A stretch of DNA of 63,065 nt, counting the filler, from Bigelowiella natans CCMP2755 (Eukaryota > Protista > Cercozoa), in assembly GCA_000320545.1 (NCBI GenBank). It is 5 parts of 5 records of this genome, joined end to end, with 100 filler letters (N's around TTAATTAATTAA, not from the genome) between each part and the next. Parts side by side here need not be neighbours in the genome. Positions count along the whole stretch, not along the records: positions 30,849 to 54,262 come from ADNK01003491.1; 4 more parts are not named here. The stretch is one strand, 5' to 3'. Positions 39,605 through 53,157 of this stretch are shown here, one piece after another. Position numbers and translations under genes: made by a program. Numbering within the stretch: the first letter of the stretch is position 1; every line of letters begins with the position of its first letter. The notes under the pieces are model-generated. The model did not search any database, was not told the DNA's origin, and saw only the letters and a list, made by a program, of their open reading frames with translations.

Positions 39605-41071
39605 ATGGGAGCGAGAAAGTCGGTTATTGAGAAAATGGATGAAGATAACCTTGTTATCAAGGAACACGTTGATCACCGGACTCCAATTTACGACCTTGGA
39701 CATGGGTAAACATTTTATCCCGATCAATATATACGTGTATATTTATGTATTATATATTTATGTGTGTGTGTGTGTGTGTGTATGTGTGTGTAATTCAGGA
39801 CTTTGCATCATGTCGGCGATACCGCTAAAAATGTGAAAAAAACTTCTGGATGGATGAGGAGAAAGGAAAAAAAAGAGGAAAACCTTGGAACAGAAAAACA
39901 CACACAGATGGGAGGGTAGGAGATACTTTTGACATCACTAGATCATGCCGACGTTATGAGAATTCGAAGGTATTTCATGCCGACATCATGAGCATTTGTA
40001 GGTATTTTATCCAACCCTCGAGCGAGCATGTAAGCCAAGTAGTTAATGGAAAAGCGGCAAAGAAGTCGCCAGCTTTTAGGTATATTGAGTATCATTCACC
40101 ATTATATAGTTTCGAAATTCACTTCAAAAATTATTTCAATTCGCTAGGTATGTCAAACCTACAGGAGTGAAGACTGAGAACGCAAACAAAATATTTTACG
40201 TCAAAAAATTAGCAAGCCAAAGTAAGCATTTTAATTTTCATTCTTATCTTCCACTAACCAGTCCAACGCGTTTGCAGATGATACGAAGTTTGGGCACCCT
40301 GTCACATCTGGAATGCATGAAAGTTCAGCGAAGCAGGGTTCTCAAATAATTGATTTCAGTTTGGTTCCAACTCAACGATATTGTGTTTTGTATAATTTTC
40401 TTCGAATTAGATCAATGGTAAACACAGTTGTAGACATATCAACAAAACATTTTGATATAAATCCATTAGATGGGAATGGATACTTAGAGTGCATCTTCTG
40501 CGATGAGATCCCGGACGTTATATACATGAATTCTCTTTGCAGTCATATTGGGTATGAAAAGTATGAGTAATAGCATCGTACGATAATTAATATATTTATG
40601 CCACAGATGCAGAAAATGCTGGTTAGGTTGGTGCAAGGATCATCTGGACAATCTTAAGGTAAAAGATCGTGATGAATAATTCCTCACATTCTTCCTAAAG
40701 GAGTTCACTTTCTCTATCCAGTGCCCAAAATGTGGAATAAAAACAGAATTAGCGAATGTTAGCATGATCACAGCATATGAAAGGTATGCATCCAAAGTCT
40801 TTTGGTTGATTTAAATGAAAAAATGGTCCAACCTCACGCTCCATCCAGGCGCAAGCTGTTGACTTTCCACAACGGAAACTTAGATGACTCGAAAGGTAGT
40901 GAGTAAATTTACAATTGGTTTATGTCGACATGGGTATGACTATGAGCATTACTTTAAGGAATGAACAAAGTAGCCGAGGGAAATTTAGACGCCATAGACG
41001 AATCAGATCTGGATGATGACAGTGATGGCTTAGAAACTTCAGTCACACATTGCGATACAAAATATCCCTAA
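39605..41071 (+). CDS. RING-HC zinc finger protein, multi-exon
   Basis: Exons splice to CIFC...LCSHIG|CRKC...LK|CPKC (C3HC4 spacing); last exon acidic, ending KYP-stop at 41071; start inferred. Confidence 0.7.
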
Positions 41072-41655
41072 TGCCACATATATTTCACGTTAGCTATGTG
41101 TAGCACTAGAGCACGTGTGTACATCATGTAGCATGGCATTTACGTACATGTATCACAGCCACATATCGCAATGTGTGCACTTCATCTGAAACCTAGAAAC
41201 GAGGGTGGTAACCAATTACAATCAAATCGCAAGTCAGATGATGAAACGCGACACTTCATGTGTGTAATGTTTGATGTATGAGATCGCGCATGCCATATAC
41301 ATCACTTATCTGACTGTGTGACAGCGCCTCTCTCTGAACGTTTGTCATTTCGTCGGCGAAAGTGCTGCGAGCATTACAGACAGAGGGGGCTGTTTTCATG
41401 CGATGCACATGCACATGATGTACTTATTGACGCATCATTGCTCATGTCGGCAACTTCATGCGGCGCTGCCACCGCCATGCATGGCATTCGATCTAGCATG
41501 CAGCATGCGCGCACATCGTGTCACATAATCGTTTCTTCGATTCATTATATTTGGACGCCAGACCATGATCGAGACGACCAGCTGCGCTGCATGCACCTGC
41601 ATGTCCACGACGATCGCATCCGCGTGTGCATGCACACACACTGCGCACAACTTTA

Positions 41656-41884
41656 TAGGGACTTAAAAGTCCCTACACGTGTAGGCCGTCTACGACATGT
41701 GTACATCGTGTACTTCACATGTACCCTTAGCTACACATGTGCCAAATTTTCGGTACATGTGCAGTGGCTTGTTTAGTGCATGTGTGGATGTGAACAGAGC
41801 ATGTGTACTTTTTAGGTGCATGTGACATGCCTGGGTACATGTGTTCCTCATACGCGTACACGCACAGGGACTTAAAAGTCCCCA
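41656..41884. mobile_element. About 230-bp MITE-like relic bounded by two copies of a near-palindromic 20-mer
   Basis: TAGGGACTTAAAAGTCCCTA (41656-41675) and CAGGGACTTAAAAGTCCCCA (41865-41884), with inward inverted similarity and an internal CACATGTACCC/GGGTACATGTG pair. Confidence 0.55.
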
Positions 41885-44470
41885 TGGCTTGGATGGAGCT
41901 GTGCCCGCTGCGCGCTGCTGGTGCGCGTCATGCGCCCCCGCAACAATGATGCTCTAGATGCTGCATGGGATGGCCGACATCGAGCGCAAGGCGCGAATGA
42001 CATGGACATGGCAATGCATGCAGCGGTGCACACACGTTGCACACGTTAGTGTGTGATTGCTCACACATCATAATCACAGCATGGACATGCAATGCCATGT
42101 GTGCACCACGTGTGACATCACTATGTCCATTGCAAGCATGCCCCTTCTCATTGCAGACATGTGATGCCACACATGACAATGGACACAGCAATGCACTACA
42201 CATGTCATGCACATTGTGCATTGCTAGATTGCATGTCCATCATCATGCACTGCACATGACATTGTTGTGTCCATTGTCACACACCGTCATTGCACACGAC
42301 ATCACGTGTCCATCATGCGATCGAGCTTTGCGATGCTAGTTTGCGTTCCGAGCTGCACCACGTGCACGTCATTTGTCATTTGCTTCACAAAAGTGATGCA
42401 TGCATGCCAACCGTCGATCACATGTGTGCATTGTTCACATCTGCCACTGGACATCGCGCATGCAATCGCAGGCTCGATCTAGCGATCCATGCATGCACGT
42501 GACTGGAGCGATGTTGTGCAATGTGCGTGGTGTCTGGGTGGACACAGTCCAGTCAGTGCATGGCTAGACCTAGCAGCAGAGATGCAATGCGTTGATGTTC
42601 GAGTTGTGCGTGAGTTGCACGTCGCTCCGCTGCACGCCATGCAGCCAAATCATTCATCAAGTGCACTGATTGTGACAAGGTTGACCAAGCCAGCATGCTT
42701 GCTGCTGCATGCAATGCAGCTCGCTTGTTCCAGTGTTGCTGTGGCCAATCAGCGCCAGACATGTGCGCGCATTGCTTTGATTCGGAGAGCTCCAACAATG
42801 GACATCTGTGACATTCATCAGCTGAGGGGATTTGCAGCAGCATAGCAGGGGCTTCCGGCATTGCCGGGGGGCCGCCCCAAACAATTCACCGGCATGCATG
42901 CTTCAGGTGAAATTGGCCAAGATGCATGCACACGGCCAATTGAACGGTCATTGAAAGATCACAATCCAAACAACCACCTGCTGCGCATGCACGCTGCTCT
43001 TGCACACGGCTCGCCCCGCGTGGAGTCTCGGCAAGTGCAGCACGGCGCATGGCCAGAACATTGCAACTTGGCCGCATTGATCGCACGTGCGTGTGCCAGC
43101 ACACCTTGCCCAAACCAGCAAACCGTGTGACATTGGGCTGTGTGACAGAGCGGGCGGGCCATGACGTGCGCACGTGTGGCCAGGAGCAACGCGCATGTGC
43201 AAGGAATCGATGCAAGTTTTGTGTTCAATCTTGTTCTGGTTTTCGAGAAATTCCACTTTCATTGCCCAAAATTCAGCCATCTGCGTGCCATGCAGAGAGA
43301 AAAATTTCACGTGCTTTGGTTCCAACTGGCTCCAAGCACAGCAGGAGTTGCAGGAAACTGTTCCTCTGAGCTGTTGATCAAGAGCCACCTGACACGCAGC
43401 ACAAGTGGTTGGCTGGTTGGGCCCAAATCCAAAATTTCGAGGAGACACCTCAGTTTTTGTGTTTTGAAAAGTGGGCAAAATTGAGAAATCAGAGTTTTCA
43501 CGTTTTCACTTTTTCAAGAAAAAGCAAAAGCAACTCTCCCATTGGCACGAATGCTCAGAATTGCGCACGCACAGCAAAAAACGATGAAAATTGCTGAAAG
43601 CACTGGTCAAACGAGTCCAGGAGTGTCAAAATGTCGACACTTTGCTTCACGTGACCACTTGTGTGCACACTTGGTGCGTGGTCACACGCAGCAAAATGTC
43701 GACATTTTGTGTGTTCCCACCACACTTGCCCAAACCCGGTGACATTGAGGTTTCGATCTGACCAATCAGTCCCAAGCATCCAACGTCAAGTCAAAACGTT
43801 GTGTTTGCCCATGCACTGCCAGACTGGCTAGCTGGGATCAATGCATGCGGAGCAACATTCCCTGTGCATCTGGGATTTCGAGCACCACACACATTTTGTC
43901 TCGTTTTCAGGCAATCCCAGAAAGGTGGCCAATTTCGCTTCAAAAAACAATTGATTGTGCATGGTGCATGAAAAATTGGCCCAATCGCTGGCAGGTGCAT
44001 GTCACATTGCTAGATTGGTCCTGGCACACCCGTGAAATCCGTGTGCCAAACGGTTTGTCACGTGCATGCGCGTGCGAAGCGTTGGGCTGCACCAAAGTTG
44101 CTGAGGTTTTTCGTCATGTGGCATTGTTGCACATTTCTAGATTTGGGCTGGATGTGACGTGCCGCACACCGAGAATTTTCACAAATGATCAAATTCAATT
44201 GAGCCAAATTGAAGTTAGAAAGTGCGCAATGACAGCTGCATGTTGAGCAAAAAATTGTCGAAAAACATCATCTAGTTTTTGAGACAGCTCACTTTTTGTG
44301 TCGATGTTGCACATTTGGGCAAGATGTGAGTGATCGATGCATGCTAGCATGTGCTACATGGTGCAATGCGGCGGACTAGCTAGCTAGCTAGCTGATGATG
44401 ATCTCCATGCATCGCTAGCTAGATCGCCCGTGGATCATCGCAGATCGATGCACATGTCTAGATGGGCTAG
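41885..44470. other. TpA-depleted non-coding domain, probably degraded repeats/transposon relics
   Basis: No TA read in 42845-43828; most remaining TA in CTAG; A/T tracts and inverted repeats suggest non-autonomous element remnants. Confidence 0.8.
43627..43709. repeat. Inverted repeat with 32-bp arms and 19-nt spacer
   Basis: CAAAATGTCGACACTTTGCTTCACGTGACCAC versus reverse complement of right arm CAAAATGTCGACATTTTGCTGCGTGTGACCAC (4 mismatches). Confidence 0.85.
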
Positions 44471-44901
44471 TTGAAGTATGACAGTAGGACACAGTAGCAG
44501 GGCAGAGTTAGCGCAGGGTAATTACAATGCAACCCGCGGGCGCAACGCTGAGCGCATCGATCGGCAAAGCAAAGCTAGCTAGGCAGCGAATCAAATTGAG
44601 ATACTAGAAGAATTACTTATTTGAATGTGTAACTAACGGCACGAGATATCTGCTGTGTACAAGGTATTGCTCTATAGAATATGACGGCGGATACCATGCC
44701 TACTAGGTAACACAGCTACGCATACGACTGCCAATCTCACAATGGCAACTTGATCGGTTCCTAACGTTCGTTGCGAAGTGCAGGCACGCTTATATGTTGC
44801 GTGCGTTGATACATCATGGTGATTCTTGACCATGGTGGTGCTCATGTATGTGGAGCTATGGGTCCGAAGGTTTTTGAAGTTGGATGGGGAACAAAATACT
44901 C

Positions 44902-47306
44902 TTAGTACCCATCTCTCTGTGGTCCCTTCGGATCCTCTTTCTGGTGCATCTTTATAGCGTCGTCAATGCGGAGAATAGTTACAGCTGCCTCTGTGGCAAA
45001 TCTGATCATCTTAATTTTTGCCATAGCAGGCTCCAGTACTCCATGCTTCATGTTGTCGCGCACTTCGCCGTTTTCCAAATCCAATCCAACCCATTTGAAA
45101 TTTGGTTTTCCCTCTCCTTTCTGGTACGTCAAAACCACATCAAAATTCAGATTCGCGCTGACGCTAAAGATAAATTTTAACCTGGTATTTGCTATGATAA
45201 GCTCGCAATCTGGCGACAAGCTCAGTAGCATCGAATGCACCTGCAACAGAAGCTACCATTTGTATCGTGCGATTGCATTTTAACAAATACAGTAATACCG
45301 TTTGTTGCTAGAGTTTTAGGGATAACCAAAAGCGCCTGGGCAAAGGTTCCAATTGCCAATTGAGCGCGGGTGCCCTGAAACCATAAGGCCAACTTTAAGT
45401 GTATTCAGCGAATAAAATGTAGCTTTGACATTACCAAAGTCAAAGAGAAATGTTCCAGGAAAACAGAAAGCGCTGCCTCGACTGCACCTCCGCCTGGAGC
45501 TAAGGTGTTTGACTCTAGTGTCCGTTTCACTATGCACATTGCATCATGCAGCGAACGGTCAACCTAGTAGTTATTTAAATTCATTAATCTTTTGAAAGAA
45601 GTTTTCATAAATATTTTCCGACCTCATCCAAAAAGTAATCATTGGCACCTCGCAAAACTATAGTTTGGGCTCTCGTGGTAGAACAACCCTATAATGATTC
45701 ATGTTGCGTCAGTATTGCCAAGGGTTTATTCTTAATATTTCATGACAATCAGAAAGTATTTATACCTTAATATAAATTAGTTCCCCGTCTCCAACTTTTT
45801 CTTCGGAAACAGTCTCCGCCTCGCCGAGAGTTGAAGGGTCAACGGATTCTCCTTCTTTCTCATCACTCAAAGTGAGAAGAAGACGCCCTAATTTAGTTAT
45901 GTATTCAAAGTTAAGTTTGCCCGAAAGGTTGTCCGTTCGTATATCACCTCCTGTGAGTTTTGCTATCTTTCGCAAATCAGATTTCTTGCACCGGCGGACA
46001 GCCATCACGTTATTTTCAACGAAAACTTTAGAAGCCATATCATCGATTCCTCCAGTGGTTAGTACGACATTTGCTCCGGCTTCAATCAACATGCGACATT
46101 TCCTTTTCGTAATCTCCCCTTCCCTGCATTAATTAATGTTAAGCTTACAGGGTTCAAGAGTGTAAAAATAGTTTGGTACATCTTTCGAATGTCTTCTAGT
46201 TTCTTGGGATCATCAACAAGGACTTGAACACCGAAGGCCATTTTAGCTTTGCGCAGATCGAAGTCCAGTAGAGCAATTTTGGCCTTGTTCACGGTAGCAG
46301 GCATTTGTGTAGATACTTTGACACAGTTTAGAGAAAATCCATTCACGAGTTCACTGTCTCTAGCACTTTTGCCGTGAGCTTTGAGAATATTTATTGCGCT
46401 AACTGGATACTTTGATTTGCCTTTTGAGTCAGTTGTTTCTACCCTCTTCACTGCCTCCACCGCCATTTTCGCAAAAAAATCTGCCTCACTAACATAAAAA
46501 GAAAGGAAGAGCTCTCAACATTTAACATAAAAACAATCATTTGCAAACGAGTAACCTTCCGATAATCTTCGAAGACATGCTTGTCTTAGCAGCGTTCATG
46601 ATAGCTTCATCACCTAGATCCGAGAGTTTCACCGACATTTCTTTCTTGATAAATCGGCATGCTTCCTTTTTAGCTAAAAGGAAACCAGAGATGATACTTG
46701 TGGGATGAATATTCTTCTTTACCAATTCATTCGCGGCCTGCACAACCACAGTAATCAAACATTTTTGAGAAATATAGACAACAATCTGATATTCATGTAT
46801 TCATATATTGTATATCGCCCCTACAACAACACGAACACATCGCAAGCGCTATCGTGCTATCCTAATCACTTAAAGCAATTTCGTGTACACTTATTTTGTA
46901 GTGAGAGAATTGGGGTTAGGAGCTCTTCTCTAATGTAACCTTAAGTAATTCAGCAGCAAGAATGACGACGCTTGTAGTTCCATCTCCAACTTCTTGATCT
47001 TGCATGTTTGAAAGTTCTACCAATACCTTTGCGGCTGGGTGTTCAACTTCAAGTTGGCGCAATATAGTCGCTCCATCGTTGGTGATCGTCACGTCCCCTA
47101 TCTGGTCGACGAGCATCTTATCGAGTCCGACAGGTCCCAAAGAGGTCTTCACGATGTTTGAAATGGCAAGTGCAGCTTGTACTGTATGAAACATGTGAGG
47201 TTAAATGTGCTGAAAGTTCACTTAATCGTTGCACTGAACCGTTCTGAGCTCGAACATCTTGTCCTGTTGAGCGATCTCCCGCTATCGTAAGTCCAGCTTG
47301 GGCCAT
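44902..47306 (-). CDS. TCP1: T-complex protein 1 subunit alpha (CCT1), multi-exon with short introns
   Basis: [87 protein letters not shown]. Confidence 0.97.
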
Positions 47307-48156
47307 TTTGTTGCTTTAAACTACGTCTGTAATGGACTTCAGATGAAGAAGAGGTGTAAGAGGGAGACGGACTGGAGTTGCGGAGGAAGCGGTTTTGAAG
47401 GTTTGCGTGTTTTGGTTTTTCTCCCGCACTCACAGCTCTTTCCAGGAGTGAAAAAATAAAAGGCCAATTAATCCAGAATTAGGCACAAATGATGCAGCTA
47501 AGGACCAAAATGTCCTATTTTAGGCCAATTACACGTTAGAAAAGCGGGATTTTCATTTTGCTACGAATTCTGTTACTGCTGAAAATTCAATTTGGCGGTA
47601 AGCAGGAGTGCTCTTTCGAGAAAACGCATAAGGTTTCCCACAGGATTTGCATTCGATGGCTTGTTTCAATGCAAAGTCACCCTTTCGATTTTTATGATCT
47701 AATTAATTTATCGGTAATCAAATCCTGTTCCCATCGGTCAATACCAGTTTTTCTTGATTCTCTGATACTTTGATCATTTTTTCACGCATTAGTGCAACCA
47801 GCGATGACGCATTAGAAATATTTCCGTCCTTTTGTGCACGTATTCTGAATGTTGGTTAACAAGTGGCACATAGGAAGAGGAAGAAAGGGCGCCAGGTGAA
47901 TTTTATCGTAGAATTTCATAGGTAATAGCAAGAGTAAAACAGCTTACATTTGTTACAATTTCATCCGAAATCGTACTCACTGAAGACATAACAAGGAGAG
48001 CAAGTGCGTGGAGGGGGCCCAAAAGCTAAAGTGGTAGCTGTCATTGAACTCCCTATCGATTGTGATAAATAAAAATAATTGAACGCAGGTATCTTATCAT
48101 CTCACAAGGAAGTCTAATCAAGGCATCCTGTTTGAAAAGGGGGGCGAAAGTTCATC

Positions 48157-51100
48157 ATGGAACATGAAGAAGGAACAGATCCGGTGTTAGGGCCGGAGCC
48201 TGCGACAGAGCAGCCGGAGGTGAACTCCCAAACAGACGAGGAGAGCGATCAATCTCGCTCAGCAGTTTCGGATCCTACTGAGCCGAGAACGCTAGATGGT
48301 AAATCTTCGATGCTTGACGATGATGAAGACGAAAACGACGAAAACTACGAGCCAAATCAAGAGGAATCCGATTCTGAACAATCAGCAGAAACGTCAAGGA
48401 AGGGATGTACACACGTGTGGAAAGTGGAAAATTTTTCAGGAAAGCTTGAAGGAGATCAAGAGAAATACTACAGCGAAAAGTTTAAAAGCGGAGACTTCGA
48501 TTGGTAGTTCATCATTCTAGTATCTTAGTAATTGTCGCTGATATGAATCCTTTATTTATTTCGTACAGTCGAGTGCTGCTCTTCCCCCGAGGAAATCTGC
48601 AAGGAGTTCCACTTGCGAACAGCGACCATCATATTTCTATTTACGTTGAGGTATTGGGTCTTCCGCCCCAAGGCGTATATGGGACCTTCGGGTTTACAGT
48701 GGTGGACAAGAAGGATGATGAAAAGTCTGTAAGGAAAGGTAATTCCAATACTATGCTAGTGCCTCCTATTGTATCCTAACATTTATTTTTGTATGAAGAG
48801 GGGAATCATAAATTTACGATTGGGGAGTACGACAGAGGCTTCAAGAAACTTATATCTCTCGCCGATGTCAGAAGTAAGGAGAGGGGTTTCCTGGTTGATG
48901 ATACACTGGAAATTCGTACAGTAATCCGCGTGCAAACGACGGAAGACATTCGAATGCTCGAATCGAGGCCTTTATACGATTCAAAGGAACACACTGGCTT
49001 TGTTGGGCTAAAAAATCAAGGTGCTACATGCTATATGAATTCTCTGCTGCAGTTTATGTACCATATCCCAAGGTTGAGGGAAGCCGTTTACAATATGCCA
49101 ACTGAGGAGACGAAGAAAGAAGGCATTGCACTCGCATTACAAAGAGTGTTTTATCATCTCCAAACCAATTCAAAAAGTGTCGATACAAAAGCTCTCACTA
49201 AATCTTTCGGTTGGAATAGCATGGAAGCTTTTATGCAACACGATGTCCAGGAATTCAGCAGGGTTCTCTGTGACAGCTTAGAGGAAAAGATGAAAGGAAC
49301 AAAGGTTGATGGTATGATTGCACAACTCTTCAAGGGGAAACTCGAGAACTTCATTGAATGCATTAACGTGGATTACAAGTCCACGAAGTATGAGACTTTC
49401 TACGATTTGCCTCTCGTGGTTAAGGGTTGCGCTAACCTGCACGAAAGTTTCAAACAGGTAGGAAGAAAAATAATAAATGAGTGCCCATTATTATGAGCAC
49501 ATGTATTTATTACACAGCGCATCCTTTTACGCATAGAATATGCGGTTGGGGAATTCAATAGGTCTGATTTTTTACTGTTCACAGTATATGGAAGTTGAAA
49601 CACTGGAAGGAGATAATCAATATCGAGCTGAAGGGCATGGAAAGCAGGTATTGGAACTTCTGAACTTTTGATTCATATATGTGAAATAAGCCTCTCTTTT
49701 TCAGGATGCCAAGAAAGGATGTAGGTTTTTGTCATTTCCGCCTGTTATGCATTTGCACCTCAAACGATTTGAGTACGACGCAATGCAGAATTTGATGGTG
49801 AAAGTGAACGATGCTTTCGAATTTCCAACACAAATAGACGTGAGTGAATTTTTGCATGAAGAGGGAGAACAAAGATCTGATCCGCAGAAGATAAAAAAGG
49901 ATGAGATAGATGTGCCAAATGGCAGTCAGAAGGCCGAAAATGCAGAGAAGCTCTCAACCACTCAAAATATGAATACGGAGGAACAAGAAGCTACGAAGAT
50001 TCCCAAAGTAGAGTCAGGCTTGCAACAAGCTATAAAGGTTCCAAGAGTCGGTGACAATCTCTATCTACTGCACAGTGTCCTTGTACATAGCGGAAGTGTA
50101 CATGGTGGACATTATTTCGCGTACATTCGCCCCTGCCCTCGCTTGGTGACCGATGCTGAACCATCGATAGATGAGAACGGGCGAGAAGTTTATCCAGATG
50201 CAGGAAAGTGGTACCGATTCGACGATGAGGAGGTTCGTCGTGTTCCGCAGACAATGGCAGTATCAAAGAATTTTGGAGGTGCCGAGGATTTTTCAAACTT
50301 TAACAGAAGGCCACTAACTCATCGCCGTGAAAGACCAAGAGCGTCTTCGGCCTATATGCTTGTTTACATTAACTACAAAGAAACTTTGTATCATCCTCGG
50401 CTGCAGGACCTAGTTGCGAAGACTGCGGAGAAAATACGCGAGGAGAAGAAAAGGCAAGATCTTCTTGAGAAACACCAAGAAAACGATAGAGAACCTGGTA
50501 AAGGTGATGACGCGATACAGACACCACGTGGCCCTTTGGAAAATGACAAAGAGAACAGCGTTCATGAGGTTCAGCCAAATTATCCTAAAGAACAAAAAGT
50601 GCTCGAAATGAAACAAGGACAACGTATCCTGATATCTCGAGATCGTGGAGTGACAAAAGTCCGAGACGAGCACACAGAACAAAAGGGAAATGTCGTTGAC
50701 TCCGAAGAGTCGAAAGAAGTCAAGGTGCCAGGAAATGGGCTTGAAATGGAGGTTGAGATTGAAGAGAAGGAGCTGACTGATAACAAATACTCTGAACCCA
50801 GACCGGGGGAAAAGAGGAAGCGGAAGCATGCTGGTCCAGAACAAATTCGGCGTCGCAGGCGTAAGAAACATGGACAACAATATCCAGCCACTGAAAGTGC
50901 GGATGATACAAATGAAGGAGCTGATATTCCTGTACCTGGGCATCTTCTTACTAGATTCCAGCACGAAGAGGAAGAAAGAAAGAAACGAGAAGAGGAGCTT
51001 CAACGTGCACATTTATATCACGATGTGGTAATTCTGGCGGAGACAAAATTGATGAAAGTGAAGAAACTTGAAACTGAATTTTTCACATTTCAAGATTTCA

Positions 51101-53157
51101 ACTGCTTGCGATATCCTTATGACAAAAAAAATGAGATGCCTTCTCTTGAAGATCCATCTGAGTCAGAGCAGCAATCCTATGTGGCTCCTGGGCCGTCGCA
51201 GAAGCAAAAACTTGCGGTATTTAGATTTAAAATGCTAAAAGAAGATACTTTAGAACAAGTAAAAGATAAACTTGCAGATTTGTGCGGTATTCCCGCCAAC
51301 GAATTGCAGTTCTGGATATTCTCTGATCGTGAAAACCACACGCAAAGACCCAACAGGATGATTGAAATATCGCGCATAAAGAGCACTAAATCTAGCGAAA
51401 TTGTAGATACTAATCCACAACAACGAAGATATGGGTATGACTCCAATTACCAGCAGAAATATCTGGAACTTTTTATAAGACGACGACGTCCGACAGATGT
51501 ACCCATTGGCGATGAAGAAGCGATGCATGATGTGCAAAATCGGAGTCTGAGTAATGATAAACTGAAGGCACAAAATCCATCCTCAATACCTGGAAATCAA
51601 CAACGCCAAGGGGAAGAGGGAGCAGAGAATGCACAGGACATAAGGAATGTGCAGCTCGGGGAACGAACGCCTCCCTCGTCGCAAGTTGCAGCAATGCGAG
51701 CACCCGAAGGGAAGCTATTGCTCTTTAAGTATTTTGATATAGAAGAACAGTCTCTTCGTTATGTTGGGTCTGGGATTTTTCCTGAGATCTCTTCCTTTGA
51801 AAGTTTGTACCCTACCCTACGGTCTATGGCAGGCCTTCCGAAAGATACTGCGCTCAAGTTATACGAAGAAGAAAATGTGAGAGGAGGGCAAATTAATTTT
51901 TGTGACCGAGATACGGACTTAAAGACTTTTAAACTTCTCAGCGGTGATATAATTTGCTTCCAAAAATTGGTGCTAGAGTCTAAGCAGAAAGAGACTAGCA
52001 ACGAAACGAGGCAGCAACAACACCAAGTGGATCAGAGTGGTGTGGACAGCAAGAGTCCTCAGCAAGAAAGCAAAAGTGTTATTGATCCAAATTCTAAAAT
52101 TTCTGGTCGAAGTGATGACGCAGATGCAGGAGAAGAGAAGGCGATTGGAAACTACGCACAGCAGTCATCCGAGATAAAAGTGCAGTACTTTCCATCACGA
52201 TACTCCGATGTTAAAGACTATCTAACATATCTTTCGCGCCGAGTAAAGGTCAGATTTAAGCCGAAGGATGAACCCAATAATACAAAAAGGTGGTTTGATT
52301 TGGAGTTGTCACGTCAAAATTCAATCGTGAATCTGAGAATGCATGTCGGTAAATATCTGGGATGCCATCATAACTACATTCGAGTCAATCCTCACTATTC
52401 ACAGCCGCAGAACTTTCATCGGGAAAATAGAGACTTACTGTCCGATCATTCTGAGATTTTATATGAGAAGCTAAGTTATAGTGTACTCGCTCTGAGGAAA
52501 AATCTCGTCTTTAAGGTTCCATGGCTGCGTCACGATCTGAAGCAGGATATTATTGAAGTCCTAGTTCCGAAAGAGGGAAACATCGAGGATCTTCAAAACA
52601 AAGTAATCGACGAAGTTAAGAAGCAATTCCCGCAGGATCTTGCAAAAATTGCAGACGAGAAACATACAGACATTAGTCAACATATCAGAATGAGTTGCAT
52701 ATCGCGCGGGGTCATTAGAGGCATTCCATCTTTAGATGATGAAGTTGCAAAATACGAGCAATACTCGAACGACACGGAGCATCTTAGAGTCGAAATGATT
52801 GAAGCAGCAGGGTATTTAAATGTCCCAGTGTTCATGTACCACATGAATTCGTACAATTCTCCCGTGACTGATGAAGCAGGATATGTGCCATTCTTCTTCA
52901 ACATCAAGCAGGGAGAGGCGTTTAAGACGGTGAAGGAAAGACTTGCAGAGAAAGTTAAATCAAAAAGATTTGGATCATTCAAAGTGGTAAGAGTTCACCG
53001 CCCGATGGTAAACAATAGCAAGGCTGATGAAGTGGAAGACGATGCAATTGCATCTGACATGGAATGGACAAATTTTCACATTGGTTTGGAATTCGTGCAT
53101 AAACCTCGAAGTTATCCATCTCTATATGATCGCCCAATGAAAATATCAGCTACATAA
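48157..53157 (+). CDS. USP7: Ubiquitin C-terminal hydrolase USP7/UBP12-like (MATH + C19 peptidase + UBL repeats)
   Basis: MATH exons (HVWKVENFS, RVLLFPRGN); Cys box GFVGLKNQGATCYMNSLLQ; QHDVQEF; LHLKRFEYD; His box LHSVLVHSGSVHGGHYFAYIRP; WYRFDD; SAYMLVY; AHLY and LLFKYFD. Confidence 0.96.

Noticed and set aside
42845-42878. GC hairpin (CCGGCA-T-TGCCGG) and abundant CTAG as Helitron 3' ends
   Set aside because: No CTRR at the expected short distance from the hairpin; CTAG abundance is better explained by selective survival.
41318-44246. Dense overlapping Cys/His/Met-rich ORFs in all six frames (also 37931-39278 and 53400-53684)
   Set aside because: Loss of TA removes most TAA/TAG stops, and TG/CA enrichment yields C, H, M, A, V codons; no recognisable domains.
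41885-44470. Ordinary 5mC (CpG) deamination or classical RIP as the cause of TG/CA enrichment
   Set aside because: CpG is still frequent here while TpA is the missing dinucleotide; RIP would increase TpA. A minor CpG contribution cannot be excluded.
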